NCBI RefSeq assembly: GCF_964355755.1
Contig: NC_092679.1
Span: 15,855,432-15,919,431, forward strand
DNA from: Antedon mediterranea
Taxonomy: Eukaryota; Animalia; Echinodermata
Direction of reading: 5' to 3'
DNA: 64,000 bases
Below are positions 27,301 through 42,300 of this stretch, one piece after another. The notes under the pieces were generated by a model that was not told the DNA's origin, made no database searches, and saw only the letters and a program-made list of their open reading frames with translations. Made by a program: the position numbers and the translations under genes. Every line of letters begins with the position of its first letter. Within the stretch, counting starts at the first letter, position 1.

Positions 27301-30300
27301 CTATCACAATAAAATGACAGGTGGAACAATATTTACATTTTATCTTCTTACTGACATTAAATTTTATGGAACTAAACAACACATTAAAATTTGTAGTCAT
27401 TAGTCACAAACTAATATTTTCTCATTATCATATTCTAAGTAAGAATAACTATGAATACAAAGTAATATTATATTCATCATCTTCGAAAAATGTTTTCATC
27501 TGGTTTTTTTATATTAACTATCTGTATGTGATTGTTTACGATAAAGAATTCATAAATACATACATGTGCGACGTTTTTACTTGTTTTCAACAAATCTTCA
27601 TCTGGCAATGACTAGATGAATGTAGTCATGAATGGTTTGAACGTAAAAAATTATATACAGATAGTTATATTCATTTTTTAAAAATTATTTATTTGTTCTT
27701 TCTTTAAACTGAAATACACTTTCAATACAAATGTACTGATTTCCAAAGTGGTTCAGTATTACACAAACATATAACAAAATCAAACACTAAAATTATGAAA
27801 ACCAGAAAAAAAAGAAAAGAAATGTTTACAATTGTAAATGTAAAAAGGTTAATACATATGTTTCCTATTTTAAAAGTTGCAAGAGACATATTATGAAGTT
27901 CTGATTTTATTCATCATTTTAGATTTAAATGTAAGTAATTTTTATTAAACTTACCAGTTTCCATTGGCGGTCCAACCAATGACAGCCATGGATGGGATAC
28001 TAAATATAGGCAGTTTACTGGAGAATTCCATCAACGTAAAAAGCTCAGTTGATATACCTAAGATACTATCCACAGGGTCAGACAAGCTGAAATCGCCAAC
28101 CTGCTAAAAAAAATGGGAATTAATATTACAGAAGGAAAACATAGAACCATTGTAAAACAACATGGTTGTTTATTATAAATTATTTTTAGTTATGTATGTA
28201 TTGTCCCCCCTATAATAATTAATCCCAACAAATTTTTGTTGAAATGCCATTTTAATGTAACATAATATTTGACCAAAAACTGAATCGAAAAAAAAATGTA
28301 TTTATCTGAAAAAAACTGTAATTTAAAGCAAAAAAATTGTCAAATTGGCTGCCAGCCAGTGGGTTTTTGGTTGAATTTAACCATTTATTTTGTCAATAAG
28401 GTGAAAACATTTTTTTTTTCTATGGAAGTGATTAACTTTATTAAAACTACAAAATAACATATTCAAAGTCTGATTTAATTAATCTTCATTTTTCATGTTT
28501 TTGGAAGACATACATCTTTAAAGATGTATTTTCCCCCAAAAAAGATGAACAATTTGAAAAAAACTATTTTACCATTTTTTTGCTTTAAATTAGTTTTTCA
28601 GGTAAAATTTGTTTTTTTTCGATAAAAAAGTGAGTAACCATTTAATGTGACATTAAAATGACATTTTTAACTAAAACAATGTTTTTCAATTATTTTTTCT
28701 GGGGGACAATACAATTTAATATGTAGTAGTATTAATCTTGTTTATTTTAGTAGTCCCTGACAAATTCATTTTACCTTATGGTTTGTTGGCCAAATAAATA
28801 AATAAAATTATGTAGTTATATACTGTACAACAGTGTCCCAATTAAAAAAAATGAATTATAATACAAGTTTCAGTGAATAAACAGATCTCAGTAAGATCTG
28901 TTACATGCATAATATAAATATAATAATATGGTAGTCATAAAACAAGGCCAGTGATATAAAATTGAAGTGGTGAGGTTGCAAGCCAAGCGTGCAACTATGG
29001 CAGTGATTTGAAATATTGTGAACAATAATGCAGACCTTTGGAATTTTTGGAGAAATTTAAGTTTTTGAGAATCATGTTTACTGTAACACAAACAAGAATG
29101 CGTGAACACATTACAAATTAATATTTTATTTGATTGTTATGATTTTCTAATTTGCTTTGTTTTACTAGCCAACATTATCCTTTTCAGCAGATGGCTGCAA
29201 GTATGGTTTTGTAAAATGATTTTCTAAAATTCATGATGATGAAATTTAAAAAAATGAATATATCATAAAAATCAACACAAATACAAAGATGAGAAATTGA
29301 CATGCACCAGTGAAATGTATTTTGACATAAAAACAGACTGACACAGACAAGTTAAATGTACATCCAGAGATATGAGGCCTTAGAAAACAGGTACAAGAAA
29401 CTTCAGAAGTGGCACAGCATCTAAGCACCAACTGACCGTCATTTCGGTTTTCAGGTAATTCAAAATGATTGGTTGAGACCAACGCATAAAACAATTCAGC
29501 AATATGTTTTACTGATGTTCATTGTTATTTTGAAAAAAGACCAAATCGGTTTCAATTATATTTTTAAAATGGGAGGTTTCAATATGGTTCTAGCACGTGT
29601 TTGGTGGTGAAAACAATCTTTTTTACCTTTATTTGAATTTTGTGAATTATGTATTAAAAAAGAATAAAAAAAGAAAATGTTTCCATTTACGAATAATTAA
29701 TAGTAGTAGTAATCATCACAAATCATTAAATTTACGACAATAAAAACGTAACACCTATATTGATATATAAAATTAACATTCACAATCACATCCAGTTATT
29801 CAGGCGCTAAAACTGTGCTAAAATTCTTGAGGGCAGCAAACAGTATATTTTGAATTGAAAAACATAAAACTGTACGCTGGTTAAATGCACATCCATATTT
29901 ACCCTAATACAGTATGTTGATAATATTTAATTACATTTATTAGAAGAAAATGATAATCATCAACCTTGGTAGGAAGGGGATTGGGGAAGAACCTATTTAC
30001 ATTTCACATTTATTCCACATTTATTTAGTCATCAATTACAGTACATCATAATTACAGTACAACTGAGAACAGGGATCCTGCATAAAAAAGCTGTAGCTTC
30101 GTTTTTTTGTAGGACCCTTTTACATTTGAGCAAATACAGTATATACTGTATTAAGTTGATATAATAAATATTATTTAAATGTCATTTAAATTATTACTGC
30201 GTTCTTTAGGGAAACTTTTAAAATGTCATAGTGCCTTATTAACCATTCTGATATACTAACTAAAAAAAAAGCATCAAATTTGAATCTTAACAAGACAAAC

Positions 30301-33300
30301 ATAACAACAAAATAAAATAATAAATTGTTATTACCCTGCGTGACAATAAAAATAAATTACAAAATAAAATGATTAATAATAATATTAACATCCACTATCA
30401 ACATGCAATGCAACTACCAAAACTATGAAACATAGCATTCATTAAAACTTTATTAAAAACAGTGGATGCAATGTGATGATTTAAAAAACTAAATTAAAGA
30501 GTCCATGTTCTAGTCACCTGATCATATTCTCCACCGGCCAATGGTGACCATTGATCAGCCTACAAGGGGTCAAAAGTCAAAGCAAAATAATTAACTGAAA
30601 ACGTTTTGTGGTGTATTTCTTAGTGGTCTAATTTACCTACTATTTTAAGTGAGGTAAAAACACATGTTATTATTTATATTCTCGTAGCTAAGAGGTCCAT
30701 GTTCTTCTCTGGTCTGCCCTGGAAATCAACTAACAAAATCTCTACATTTTTTGTCCGTTTTGTGTATTTGCTTTTATTTTATATTATAGATGTATGAAAA
30801 TTTGCATGCCGAGTAAAAATTATCTATTTTTAAACCTATCTACTATACAGTATTTCTTTTCTCTGATCAGTCGAGCAGCAAAGTGCTCATTTAACCGTTA
30901 AAACGCTGTTTTTTAACTACGCAGGTCACTGAGCATCGCCAAGTTATAGTGACTTCCGGTTCGCTTTTCACTTCGCGGCAAGCATTTTGCATGGGAATAC
31001 CCTTACAAATCTGCTGCAATTTCCACCATCCGGGTTAAATTATATCTTTCTATATTTGGAAATTGTTATTCCTAATATGGAAGATTATTCCTGCCACAAA
31101 ATTTTGGTATAAAAAGCCCAGGAAATGACGACAGACCTTATTGAAGAAAAATGTGCAGATGGAGGTGTGCGTTGAGGTAGGCTACATGATTTATTTGTTT
31201 GGTTTCGTAGGGAATCCGGCACTTTTCTCATCAGCACGGAACCTTTATAAAAACTTAGTGGTTGGTTATTAGGTTATTAATCTATCTTTTCTGAAAGTTT
31301 AAGCTTGGTTCAGCTTGTGGGACGGATTCAATATCCGTTCAAAACTGGGGATATATTCTAAGCAGACTCCATCTTGGATTCGTATGTTTAGTACAGGCCG
31401 TGTGGTTGAGTAATTTCAATCCTTCAAAATCACTATGTGCAATCCGTTTTTAAACCAGTTAATATACCAAAATAGGTTATTAGTAGCTTTATTATTTTGG
31501 ATTTGGTGCTAGTTTGGTAAATATTGCAATATAATTGTAGATTATTTGGTTGTAAAAAAATTTACCCAACTTGTATTATCTAGGCCTAGGCCTAGCCCAT
31601 TAGACGGAAACCCAGTGCTATTTGTAGGGATAGAGAGGGCCGCAGGCTAGTTTTTAGTGGCATATCGCCGACTTATTATAATCAATGTGAAGCCATATTA
31701 TGTTTAAAATGTTGAATTTATATCCACTGAATTATAGATATATATCGTCGGATATTTAAAGAAAGGCCTAGACCTTTCAATTTATTTAATTAATTTAGGA
31801 CTATATTACGGGAAATGCTTTGCCAAAGAAAAGAAAATACGTTGTGGCTGTTGGAGGTTTGTAAATATATAATGACAATAATGTAGCCTAGGCTAGGAAG
31901 GACTGTAGGTAGGATGAGGTAATTTGGATGGTCGTACATAGTATGATATATATATACACAGGTGATCATGGCGACAAAATTTAGGATGACTAAAGTTGAC
32001 ATTAAAATTATTTAACTATGAATAGCTCATTATTGGTGTTTTTTTTTCTTTCAGGTTTCTAAGAATAAACTATCCGACTTGTGATTCATCTTGTGCTGCA
32101 AAAACAATGCTATTTTGATATTTGTAAATTGATGTACGCAACCGATGTCTTTAAAAATAAAAAAAAAATTAAAATTTTTATTATCGCGATGATTTAACTC
32201 GAATATTGACATATGTAACTTGATATTTTAGCCTGAGCAAGATAGTTTGATAGGCATATTTTACTTCGATGTAAACAAGATATTACATGTTATACTGTAT
32301 GTAAAATACTTTTGTGTAAATAAAATTATTTAATGGTGGTTAATTTATTAACTTGTTAATTTGTTTGTTAGTTATAGTGTTATACTATTAGTATTAATTA
32401 TTTAGTTAGTAACCAAAGTGGAGTGGATTCGTGGCAGTTGCAACTTGACTGTAATATGCATATATAATAATATGTACTTCTTCTTGGATAAAGTTAAAGG
32501 AAAATAAGCAATAATAAAAATTTAATATTTATTTTGCCATAAAGAAAGCAAAAACTAAACATACAGTACTATATGTACAGTAATACCATGGACCTATAGG
32601 TCCATGGTACATACTGTAGTATTGAGCACCAGTAGCAGAGACGTCTGGACAATCGAATATAATCGTTATCAGCTGTCTGGGTACCCAAGGCTAGTGCTAG
32701 AAAATGGCGAAAATTCGTGTATTCATTCGCCGTCAACGAAATGAATCCGGCACTTTTCTCATCAGAAGCAAATCAACAAATCCTTTTATCAGTTTGTTTT
32801 GATATATAATCTGGATAATATATATTGAAATGGCCTTGGTTCAAGCATGTTTAATAGGTAAAATCAGATTTTTTCCTACCTAGGCCCCTTAGCACTGCGG
32901 TACCCTACGCCGTGTGGGGGAACCGATCTCGGCAGTATTTCTTAAGTAGCCTATCTTTCGTAAACTCCTTTGTTGAATTTTATTAATATAAATTTAATTG
33001 TATGTACAGTATATGCTATTTAAATGTTATTGAAAATTTTTTTTGCTGCATTTTGTAATTCCGCACTACTTGCTTTATCGCGATTCCAAGATGGCGGCAA
33101 TTCAAATTTTGATTTGGTAATAATTCGCGAGGTCAACCACTTTGCTGCCCTACTGTGATGTATAAAGATTTTCTCAAAATAACATCAGAATATAGGATAT
33201 TCATTTAAGGAAATATTTGCTGATCCGTTATTTCACAAACTGGATGCATTCAATTTAATCAATGGATTATCAATCCAAACTTAAACAAACGCTTTAATCA

Positions 33301-36300
33301 AATTTGACTTAATCAAGACTATTTAATTTCATAGGAAATTTATACTTTACTTAAAAACCCATTGACAAAGTTTGGCAAGGTTCAGCTGATTTTTTTTATC
33401 CAATCAGATGTCTAGAAAGTCAGCTGACTTTAAACCCACTGAGCCTCTTACCAGGATATTCAATAATACTAATTCTCAAACGATTTACATTTAACAACAA
33501 TTAATACAGCTATTCCTCTCTAAATTGTCAATTTAATTTGGTTAAATAATAAATAGGTCAACGAACATTTAAGCGGTTAAATTTTAAGAGGAAATTACTA
33601 TTGGATGACGAGCTTAGAACGATCATGTTGGGAAAACATGGCACACATGGGATTTGGAGGATTAGAAACAGGATTTACCCAGAATTCACCAGAGATAATG
33701 AAAACCTTTTGTTAAAGTGCAACAGACAATTAGGCTACACAATATGCATTTGCCCTTTTATTGATAATTAACAAAAAAGATTAAAATATGATTATCATGA
33801 TTAGTTAAAAAGTAGTTTCAAAATCAGATCCAAGAAAACAAGTAACAGTGTTATATTTCCTGTTAGTTTTTATACATGTTGGTGGTGGGCGGAATATTTT
33901 ATCTTAATTTTTTATACTTCATATTCAATATATTATATATAGACATTTTTTATATTTTAAATTTTCGTTGCCTGTAAGTAAGTTTGAAAAATGTAATGCA
34001 TTTTGAAAGAAAAAAAAACGGTTTAAAAAATTACATTCTCCTAGACTGCAATAGAATGGAAACAGCAAGAACATGCTTACCTGAACATACCACACGAGGG
34101 CTCCCTTCAATGACATATCAGGTGGTATTTTATGTGCAATTTTTTCTTTCTTACGATCAAAGATTGCAAACTTTCCAAGTTTGCTGCTGGAGTCTATTGT
34201 CGTTTGTGTCACAGAATTCTCAGCCAAATCCTTTAAGTACTCTAATCTAGTTCGAGTAGCCATGGCTACAAATTTTTCTGACTTGTGAACAGCATTTTCA
34301 CCATTTATGACTGAAAGGAGAGAATTTACATTCAGATTTATTTATTTATTTACCAGATTTCTATAGCACCCTTTTCATGAAAACTCATGCTCAAAGGATT
34401 AGTTTTCATCGTTTTTTAGAATATAAATTATTTTTCAGATTTGTTTTTCAAACTTTGATGATTTACAATTTCAATATCAAAAAACGAGCCGATCACTTAT
34501 AATCTTCTTTTGAATATCTCACCTTTTTTTCTTGTTTTTGTTTTATTCAATGTTTTTCATAATTATAAACATACCTTTTGCAAGCAGAAATTCTGCGAAC
34601 GAAGCTGATTTTGTAAACTTCATATTTGCACCATAATAAGGTCCAAAAGCTGGAACATCATTAGATCGTGAAACTGCAACCCTACATAAAAAAAAAACAT
34701 TTTGATGTAATGTTAGTTCAGTTTTATTTGTCCATAAGACCAGAAAAATCATTTGAACAAGTTTTATCGCAAAAAACATGGGCGACGCAGGACGGCAAGG
34801 GTTTGGGAGCAAACGTCATGACACACATACATACATGATTTGTTGTTTGTACATACGCATCGTGACGTCTGCTCCTAAACCTTCCTATCATGCATTGTGC
34901 AATGACGTTCCTCGCTAAATCAAGCTATTGCAAAAAAACCTTATTGCTCAAAAATTACCACAGAAAATGAAACAATTTAAAATTTAAAATAAGATTAAAA
35001 ATTACCGGATCTCTGAATAGACAATTAATTTCCTGAGTTGATTTATGAAAAAGTAAGTATGTATTGAGAAAAATGCATCACTATATTTGTATATTTGATA
35101 ACATTTTTGTTTGTATAATTATAGCACCCTCTATGCCATAACTGTTATGCAAAAATAGTATTCATTTTTACGGTATGTAATAATTTAAATAAATGCACAA
35201 TTATGTGCTTTCTTGAATTGTTATTATTATTAAACATAAATGTAGATTGAAAAGAAAGAAAATTATTCTCCAATTCTTCTCTAAATTCATATAGTTGTTT
35301 TTACTCATCTATATCATAATTTTCCCATAATTTTTCCCGATTGGAACTGAAACATAATTTGTTAATAAGGACATCAATATTAAAATTAAACATAGCGTGT
35401 GTATTTGAGAGGTTGGCTTGACAAAAGCACTTTAGAGCAGATATTTAAATATTAAAGCCGATTTCAAACATGATGATAAGAATATAAAATGAAAAGCCAA
35501 ATGTCAAGGGTCAAGGGTTATGAAAACATTGAACACAATTTAAATTGATTTTGAACTGCCTCATCCGTAGAGAAAATTTCATTTGAATTTAAATTGAAAT
35601 TAAATCCAATATTTAAATAAGATAATCAATAATAATAATAATAATTGTTTCTTTAGCTCACATAAAAATATGACAAGTTAAATTGGATATCATTTTCTGA
35701 TTGAATCAGAATCAGAATATGAATTATATAAATATTTATATAAGAAATTTGTCCAGTTGGTATATCAAATGTTTATAATTGGGCATTCACACTATCAAAA
35801 GTTATGGCAAAATACTGTAGTAATGTACACAGGGCCTCAAAATACTGTATGTACTACTGTAGTAATGTACACAGGGCTTCAAAATACTGTACTACTGTAG
35901 TAATGTACACAGGGCCTCAAAATACTGTATGTACTACTGTAGTAATGTACACGGGGCTTCAAAATACTGTACTACTGCAGTAATGTACACGGGGCCTCAA
36001 AATACTGTATGTACTACTGTAGTAATGTACACAGGGCTTCAAAATACTGTACTACTGTAGTAATGTACACGGGGCCTCAAAATACTGTACTACTGTAGTA
36101 ATGTACACAAGGCTTCAAAATACTGTACTACTGTAGTAATGTACACGGGGCCTCAAAATACTGTACTACTGTAGTAATGTACACAGGGCTTCAAAATACT
36201 GTACTACTGTAGTAATGTACACAAGGCTTCAAAATACTGTACTACTGTAGTAATGTACACAGGGCCTCAAAATACTGTACTACTGTAGTAATGTACACAG

Positions 36301-39300
36301 GGCCTCAAAATACTGTACTACTGTAGTAATGTACACGGGGCCTCAAAATACTGTACTACTGTAGTAATGTACACAAGGCTTCAAAATACTGTACTACTGC
36401 AGTAATGTACACAGGGCTTCAAAATACTGTACTACTGTAGTAATGTACACAGGGCCTCAAAATACTGTACTACTGTAGTAATGTACACGAGGCCTCAAAA
36501 TACTGTACTACTGTAGTAATGTACACGTTTTTCTGACTGATTTCATCACCCTGATAATAAATATGAAATAACAACAATAATTATCTACTAACAAACACGT
36601 TATGTTTTCTATCAAAAATATATTAGAACAAATAATAGGGTAATAAAACTGAATCACACCATAAAGATTAATCATCCAAGATACAATCTATTGGGTAAAT
36701 TGTTGTGGATGATTTGAAAATGTTTATTACACATTTGTACGCAATAATGTTAAATGATGATATGTATGCATTTGAAAGACAAGTCAAGCATACAAAAGTG
36801 ACATCAGAAGACAATATTGTTGAATGTTGTATATGCTTGTGTACATATATTAGACAATTTGATGTAATTGCATGGAATTGTCATTATAAAATGCACTATA
36901 ACAATATTGTTGAATTATTAATGTATACAATGGTATACACTTATATAGTACAACCCCTTTGGGACCCAACAAAGTATTACCCTTAATAGCGGTTGGCTGT
37001 ATTGTTAAATTATATATTGCACAATTTTTGTTTCCAGGTAAGTGTCTTATTATTGTGGGCATGTCCTCGTAATAGGGGTGTCTCCCTAAATAAGAATTAA
37101 ATGTTGTGTTGAAACATTGTTTATTTGTTTGTTTCCCAGGAAAGTGTTCCCTTAATAGGGGTGTCCCCTGAATACGGGTTGGCACTAGTATTATAATACA
37201 TATTGTACATTGTTCACTTAACAAAAACTGTCCTCTTAAAAAGAGTGTCCTCTGAATAGGGATGTTCTCTGCATAGTGGTGCACCCTGAATAGAAGTTTT
37301 ACTATATGCTTCATAACATAACTTCATAACAAAGTCGGTAGTCACTGTTGAGTGCAGACTAATACAATTTGTTTGCGCTCTAGGCTTTTGTTCACCTATT
37401 AACATGTACGCCTTCTACATAGTAAATCACGGTCGGGAAAAATAAGAGAAAAATATGTTAACATGTACGCCTTCCACATACTGAATCACGGCCGGGAAAA
37501 ATACGAGAAAAATAGGAGAACATGTACACCTTCCACATACTGAATCACGGCCAGGAAAAATAAGAGAAAAATAGGTGAACATGTACGCCTTGCACATACT
37601 GAATCATGGCTGGGAAAAATATGAGAAAAGCGACAGCGTAAAGAGTGATTTGAACACTGATATACCTAATAGAATTGATGTGGAAGCGCTTACTACTACT
37701 AAAATGAATTTCATATACAAGTGTATTTTCAACGACCTAGTTGAGAAAATTGTGCCAAACACAACCTCAAAGAGTTTCAAGTAAAGGTATATAATAAATA
37801 GGAAATATATTACAAGTAAGCTTGCTCAACCAAATTTATGTATTTTCTTTTACTCATTTATCCAACCATGAACTTTTATACACATGTCATCTACTGTAAC
37901 ATGAGATGCAATGAAATAACTATACAATGCAAAGCAGCTGCCTACAGCATTCTACACAATACGATCAAGCCAATTTACCAGACGATTAGCTCTCAAGAAT
38001 AGAGGGAGCGGCTAATAAGGTGTGCACTAAGACAACGTAAGGACAAGCCAATTAGTGATAATCTAAATTTTGCTTTAATGTGCCTTAAGGTGATTGCGTA
38101 TACTTGACCTGTTAGTTCTGCGAAAAATACTATAAAAACTATTTAGCTAAAGAACATCAGTGTTCATATCAGATAGAATTGCCAAGATAAAATGAATTTA
38201 GTTATTAATCCACTTGTAATATGGTGTTTAAAGGATTGATAGAGATTAGATAAGCTAATTAATCTAATTTGGCTAATCCCTTTAAGATCATATAGCAATA
38301 CTTATACTGATTATTCGTGTTTTTGTATTAGATTAGATTTAATTTTAATGAGGCTAATAGCCACTATCTAGTGATTCTAATTAAAGACCACTCTAAGTAA
38401 CAACTTGACCAAGAAGAACAAAAAATACAGGTTACACTGGTAGTATGTAGTTGAAGTGATTCTAATAAAAGACCAAAGATTTAGTAAACCTAATATTACA
38501 GGCTTCACTCCAATTAAAGACCGCTCAAAATAAAAACTTGATCCAGAACACAAAATAAAAGTTAAGCCGGTAGTATGTATTTGAAGTGACTCTAATAAAA
38601 AACCTAATATTACAGGATTCTCTCCAATTAAAGACGTCTCTAAAGACTTGACCAAAAAAACAAAAAGACCAAATATCTACACTACATATTTATAGGCTAC
38701 ACTAAAAATGTATCATTTAAAATTTGTTTTGCAATTATTGTAAATAAATTTTAAATACAGTACTGATTTACCAATTTTATTTTGTAATTGTTATGCTATT
38801 TTCCAAGGTAAAAAACTACTTAGCATTTATGACAATTTCTTTTGATACTTGCTGAGGAAAATTAATAGAATTGAGATTCTAAATACTACAGAAAATACAA
38901 GTATAATTATTTTTCCGTTTTCATTTAAATCTATCTAAAATTAAATAGATGCAATCATGATTATATAAAGTAAAAATATTCTTGTCTTAATTAAACTAAT
39001 TACTTAAAATGTTTTTATTTGTTTTTAGGTAAAACATAAATTAACCATTTTAGTCAGAGGTATTAGAATAACATAATCAGATGTCAGCTTCGATAAAACA
39101 ACTTTTCCCTAGAGTATAATATTTCTAATATTAAATGTTGTATTGTTGCAAAGAAAACAAATATGTATGCAATTATTTATGTATTGTGAATATTCCCATA
39201 TGACAAATTAATTTCATGTTTGTACAAGTAACGATTCCTCCCTCATCATCTTTCCGATATTAAAGCATATCTAAATACGTAAGGAGAGAATTGAGTGCTC

Positions 39301-42300
39301 TTACAAGTATCTCTATCATCAAACAGCCTTCAGAAATCATGAACTCCAAGTCAGCGTTAGCGCGTACATGAGCAAAACCCGACCTATTTATCGTCTAATT
39401 TATCATCATCCATTGTATTGATGCTTAAATCTACTTACGAGTATCGCACGTTTTCCGTGTTCGGTTCATGTGCCCGCACGATGACGAACACGTGCTGGAA
39501 CTGTGAGCGAATCGTTATCGGTGAGAACGGCTTTGCCCCTGGTTCTTGAAAAATGATTGTGGCTATGTCATTTCCTATATGTCTTTTTCTCAATAACTGT
39601 AACATAAATTTAAGTCAATGAGTTAAATAATTTCCACTGAATTTAAAATTAAATTAAATATATGTAAACTCCAATAAAGAAAGAACATTATATTGCGAAT
39701 TCAATAATTTTCAAGAATCTTTTACCATATATAAATAAATTTTACATATTTTAGAGTAAAAGATGAATCAGATTTTTTAATATGATCAAATACATCAAAA
39801 CATAGAATTCTTAATATATGTTCAGTCTTTTTTAATTTTATTTTTGATAGCGACAGATTTCAATAGGCATAAGTATATAAAACTGATAAATTAATCAATT
39901 ATTGACAATATTTTCCTAATACAGCGGCGGATCCAGGATTTTGAATAGGGAGGCCCAATAGCGTAAAAATGGTGACATGAAGGGCCGGCCTTAATGGATG
40001 TCTTTTTCATTACAATTTGCGAAATTTAGGGGCCGGGGCCTACAAACCTCCTCCCTCTGGATCCGCTCCTGTTAAGAATGTTGTGGAAGAAAAGATTATT
40101 ACAACATGATGCATGTTGTTTAGCATAGTATTAATAATTATCTAGATAAACAAAAATGTTAAATTTTATAGATAGATAATAATTTTATTCGTCTATTTGT
40201 AATATAAATTTTTATAGATAGTTTATTATATATCATTGTTGTTACTTTGGGAGTACGGAACCTGAACTCTTGTTATAGTGATTAGGTTCACTTTTAGGTT
40301 CCTGCCTACTCCCTTAGTTTCAGTGTTTTTGTATGTTTGTAACTGGTTTTTTGGCAATAAATAATAATAATCACTATAACAAGAGTTCAGGTTCCGTACT
40401 CCCAAAGTAACAACAATGATATATAATAAACTATCTATAAAAATTTATATTACAAATAGACGAATAAAATTATTATCCATCTATAAAATTTAACATTTTT
40501 GTTTATCTAGATAATTATTAATACTATGGTAAACAACATGCATCACATAAAATTGTTTACAACTAATAAAACTATAGACTTGTCGCCAAATAAAGAAATA
40601 TGGTGTTAATAAACTGGGTGTTTTTTTCCACACTACAGCAGTTTTATGACAAAATGATGGAAAAATAATGAGTAGTTTGTAAACATGAATATAGAACATT
40701 AACTACAACAATTCCCAATTGCTAATAGTATGCATGAGTGAGCGTATCACCTGCTTTTAATACTAAACCATATTTTAGTAACATGTAGAGTAGTACTCAG
40801 TTCAATTCAACTTTATTTAACCACTACGAAGGTCCGTTGTTCTAAAATGTCAAAAATATGTTCACTATAAAAATGTATATTATTTAAAAGTTTTAATGAA
40901 GTTTGTTTAAACAATTGAAGAGTTGTAGACTAGTGAATGTCAACACCAAGATTATTCCATCTAAATACACCTTTATATGCTAGTCTTTTATATTCAGTCT
41001 TAGGTAGCTGTAAAGGCACGCCCCTATCCCCTATGAGGACACAATTAATGTGAAAATAGTGAATTTGAATACATGGTGGCATATTATAGCATATTATAAA
41101 AATATTATACTTTATAGACTTTTTTCTGTATGTCATACATATGCCATGAAATTAGATTCTTGTATAAGCCTACCATACAAAGTAACTCTTTATTCTGGTA
41201 TAATATCTATATGTTCTGGTTGATAAGCCCACCCTGCAAGCTTTATGTTTAAGGCAGATATGACAAGAGGATATATCATTTACTTTGTATGTTTGAATTT
41301 TGATCAGTTTCTAAGTGCGTAATTTATTTTTCTATCAATAGTTGGATCTTATAAACTAATCTAAATGGAATTGAAGGACTTATTCTTTAAGATAATTATT
41401 ATAGCTAATGTGAGTTATTTAAAAGCAAACTAGAATAAGAAGAAAACAAACTAATATTGTCACTACCAAAAAAATGAAAAAATAATATGTGATAACCACA
41501 TGATTATCAAGCAAATAGGCTCCTATTTAAATACTGTAAGTAATATAAACAAACCTAATATCCAAAGCAATTACACTGACAGTTTGGTCAATGATGAGCG
41601 ACACACAAGATTCAATTCATTAACATAGTTTTAATGAGGTTTATATTACCTTGTATATTACTGTATTAGTATTTTTAGAACAGAACAAGACTAATTAGCA
41701 ACTAAATAACTAAACTATAAAGCAAAGCTTAAAATGTATTGTAAATATACAAAAATAAATCAATCTAAAAATAAATATTGTAAACACATTTAAATTTGTT
41801 CATACATACTAAATGAATGCACTATAAGGTGACCTCTCAAGGAAAGTACATTTTTTAAATCTTTACTTTATCTTACTTTATTATTATTTTGTATTAATTC
41901 GTAATTTAACCAAGTACAGTAATTTATATTGTTTTATGAAATGAAATACAGGAAATAAAAAATTTAAAAAAACCAAAAAACAACATTTTTTAAATCTTCT
42001 GTAGAGGAAAAGATACCTTCAGGACCCCAAAAAATGTTCCCTTAATAGGAGTGTCCCCTGAATAGAGGTTGGCTGTAGTGTTATATATAACATATAACAA
42101 ATATATTAACCTCCGTTATCTCCCTATTAGGGGTTTCCCAACAAAAAAGAAGGGTTGTAAAAATCTCTCTTTTACCTGTTGTTTGTTACTGTTGGAAAAT
42201 GGAAGCATAGTTGATACATGGAACATAATCTCAATGTCTTGGTATGTGGCATATAAGGAATGTGTACCAGTGGAATCACCTGCAAAGACAAAAACAAACA

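Noticed and set aside
35809-36527. CRISPR-like periodicity (38-42 bp)
   Set aside because: Units are contiguous with no unique spacers, there are no cas genes, and the context is a eukaryotic intron. It is a minisatellite.
36705-37405. ORFs of 63-154 aa
   Set aside because: They overlap MITE remnants and AT-rich intron; no recognisable domain or phase-compatible role.
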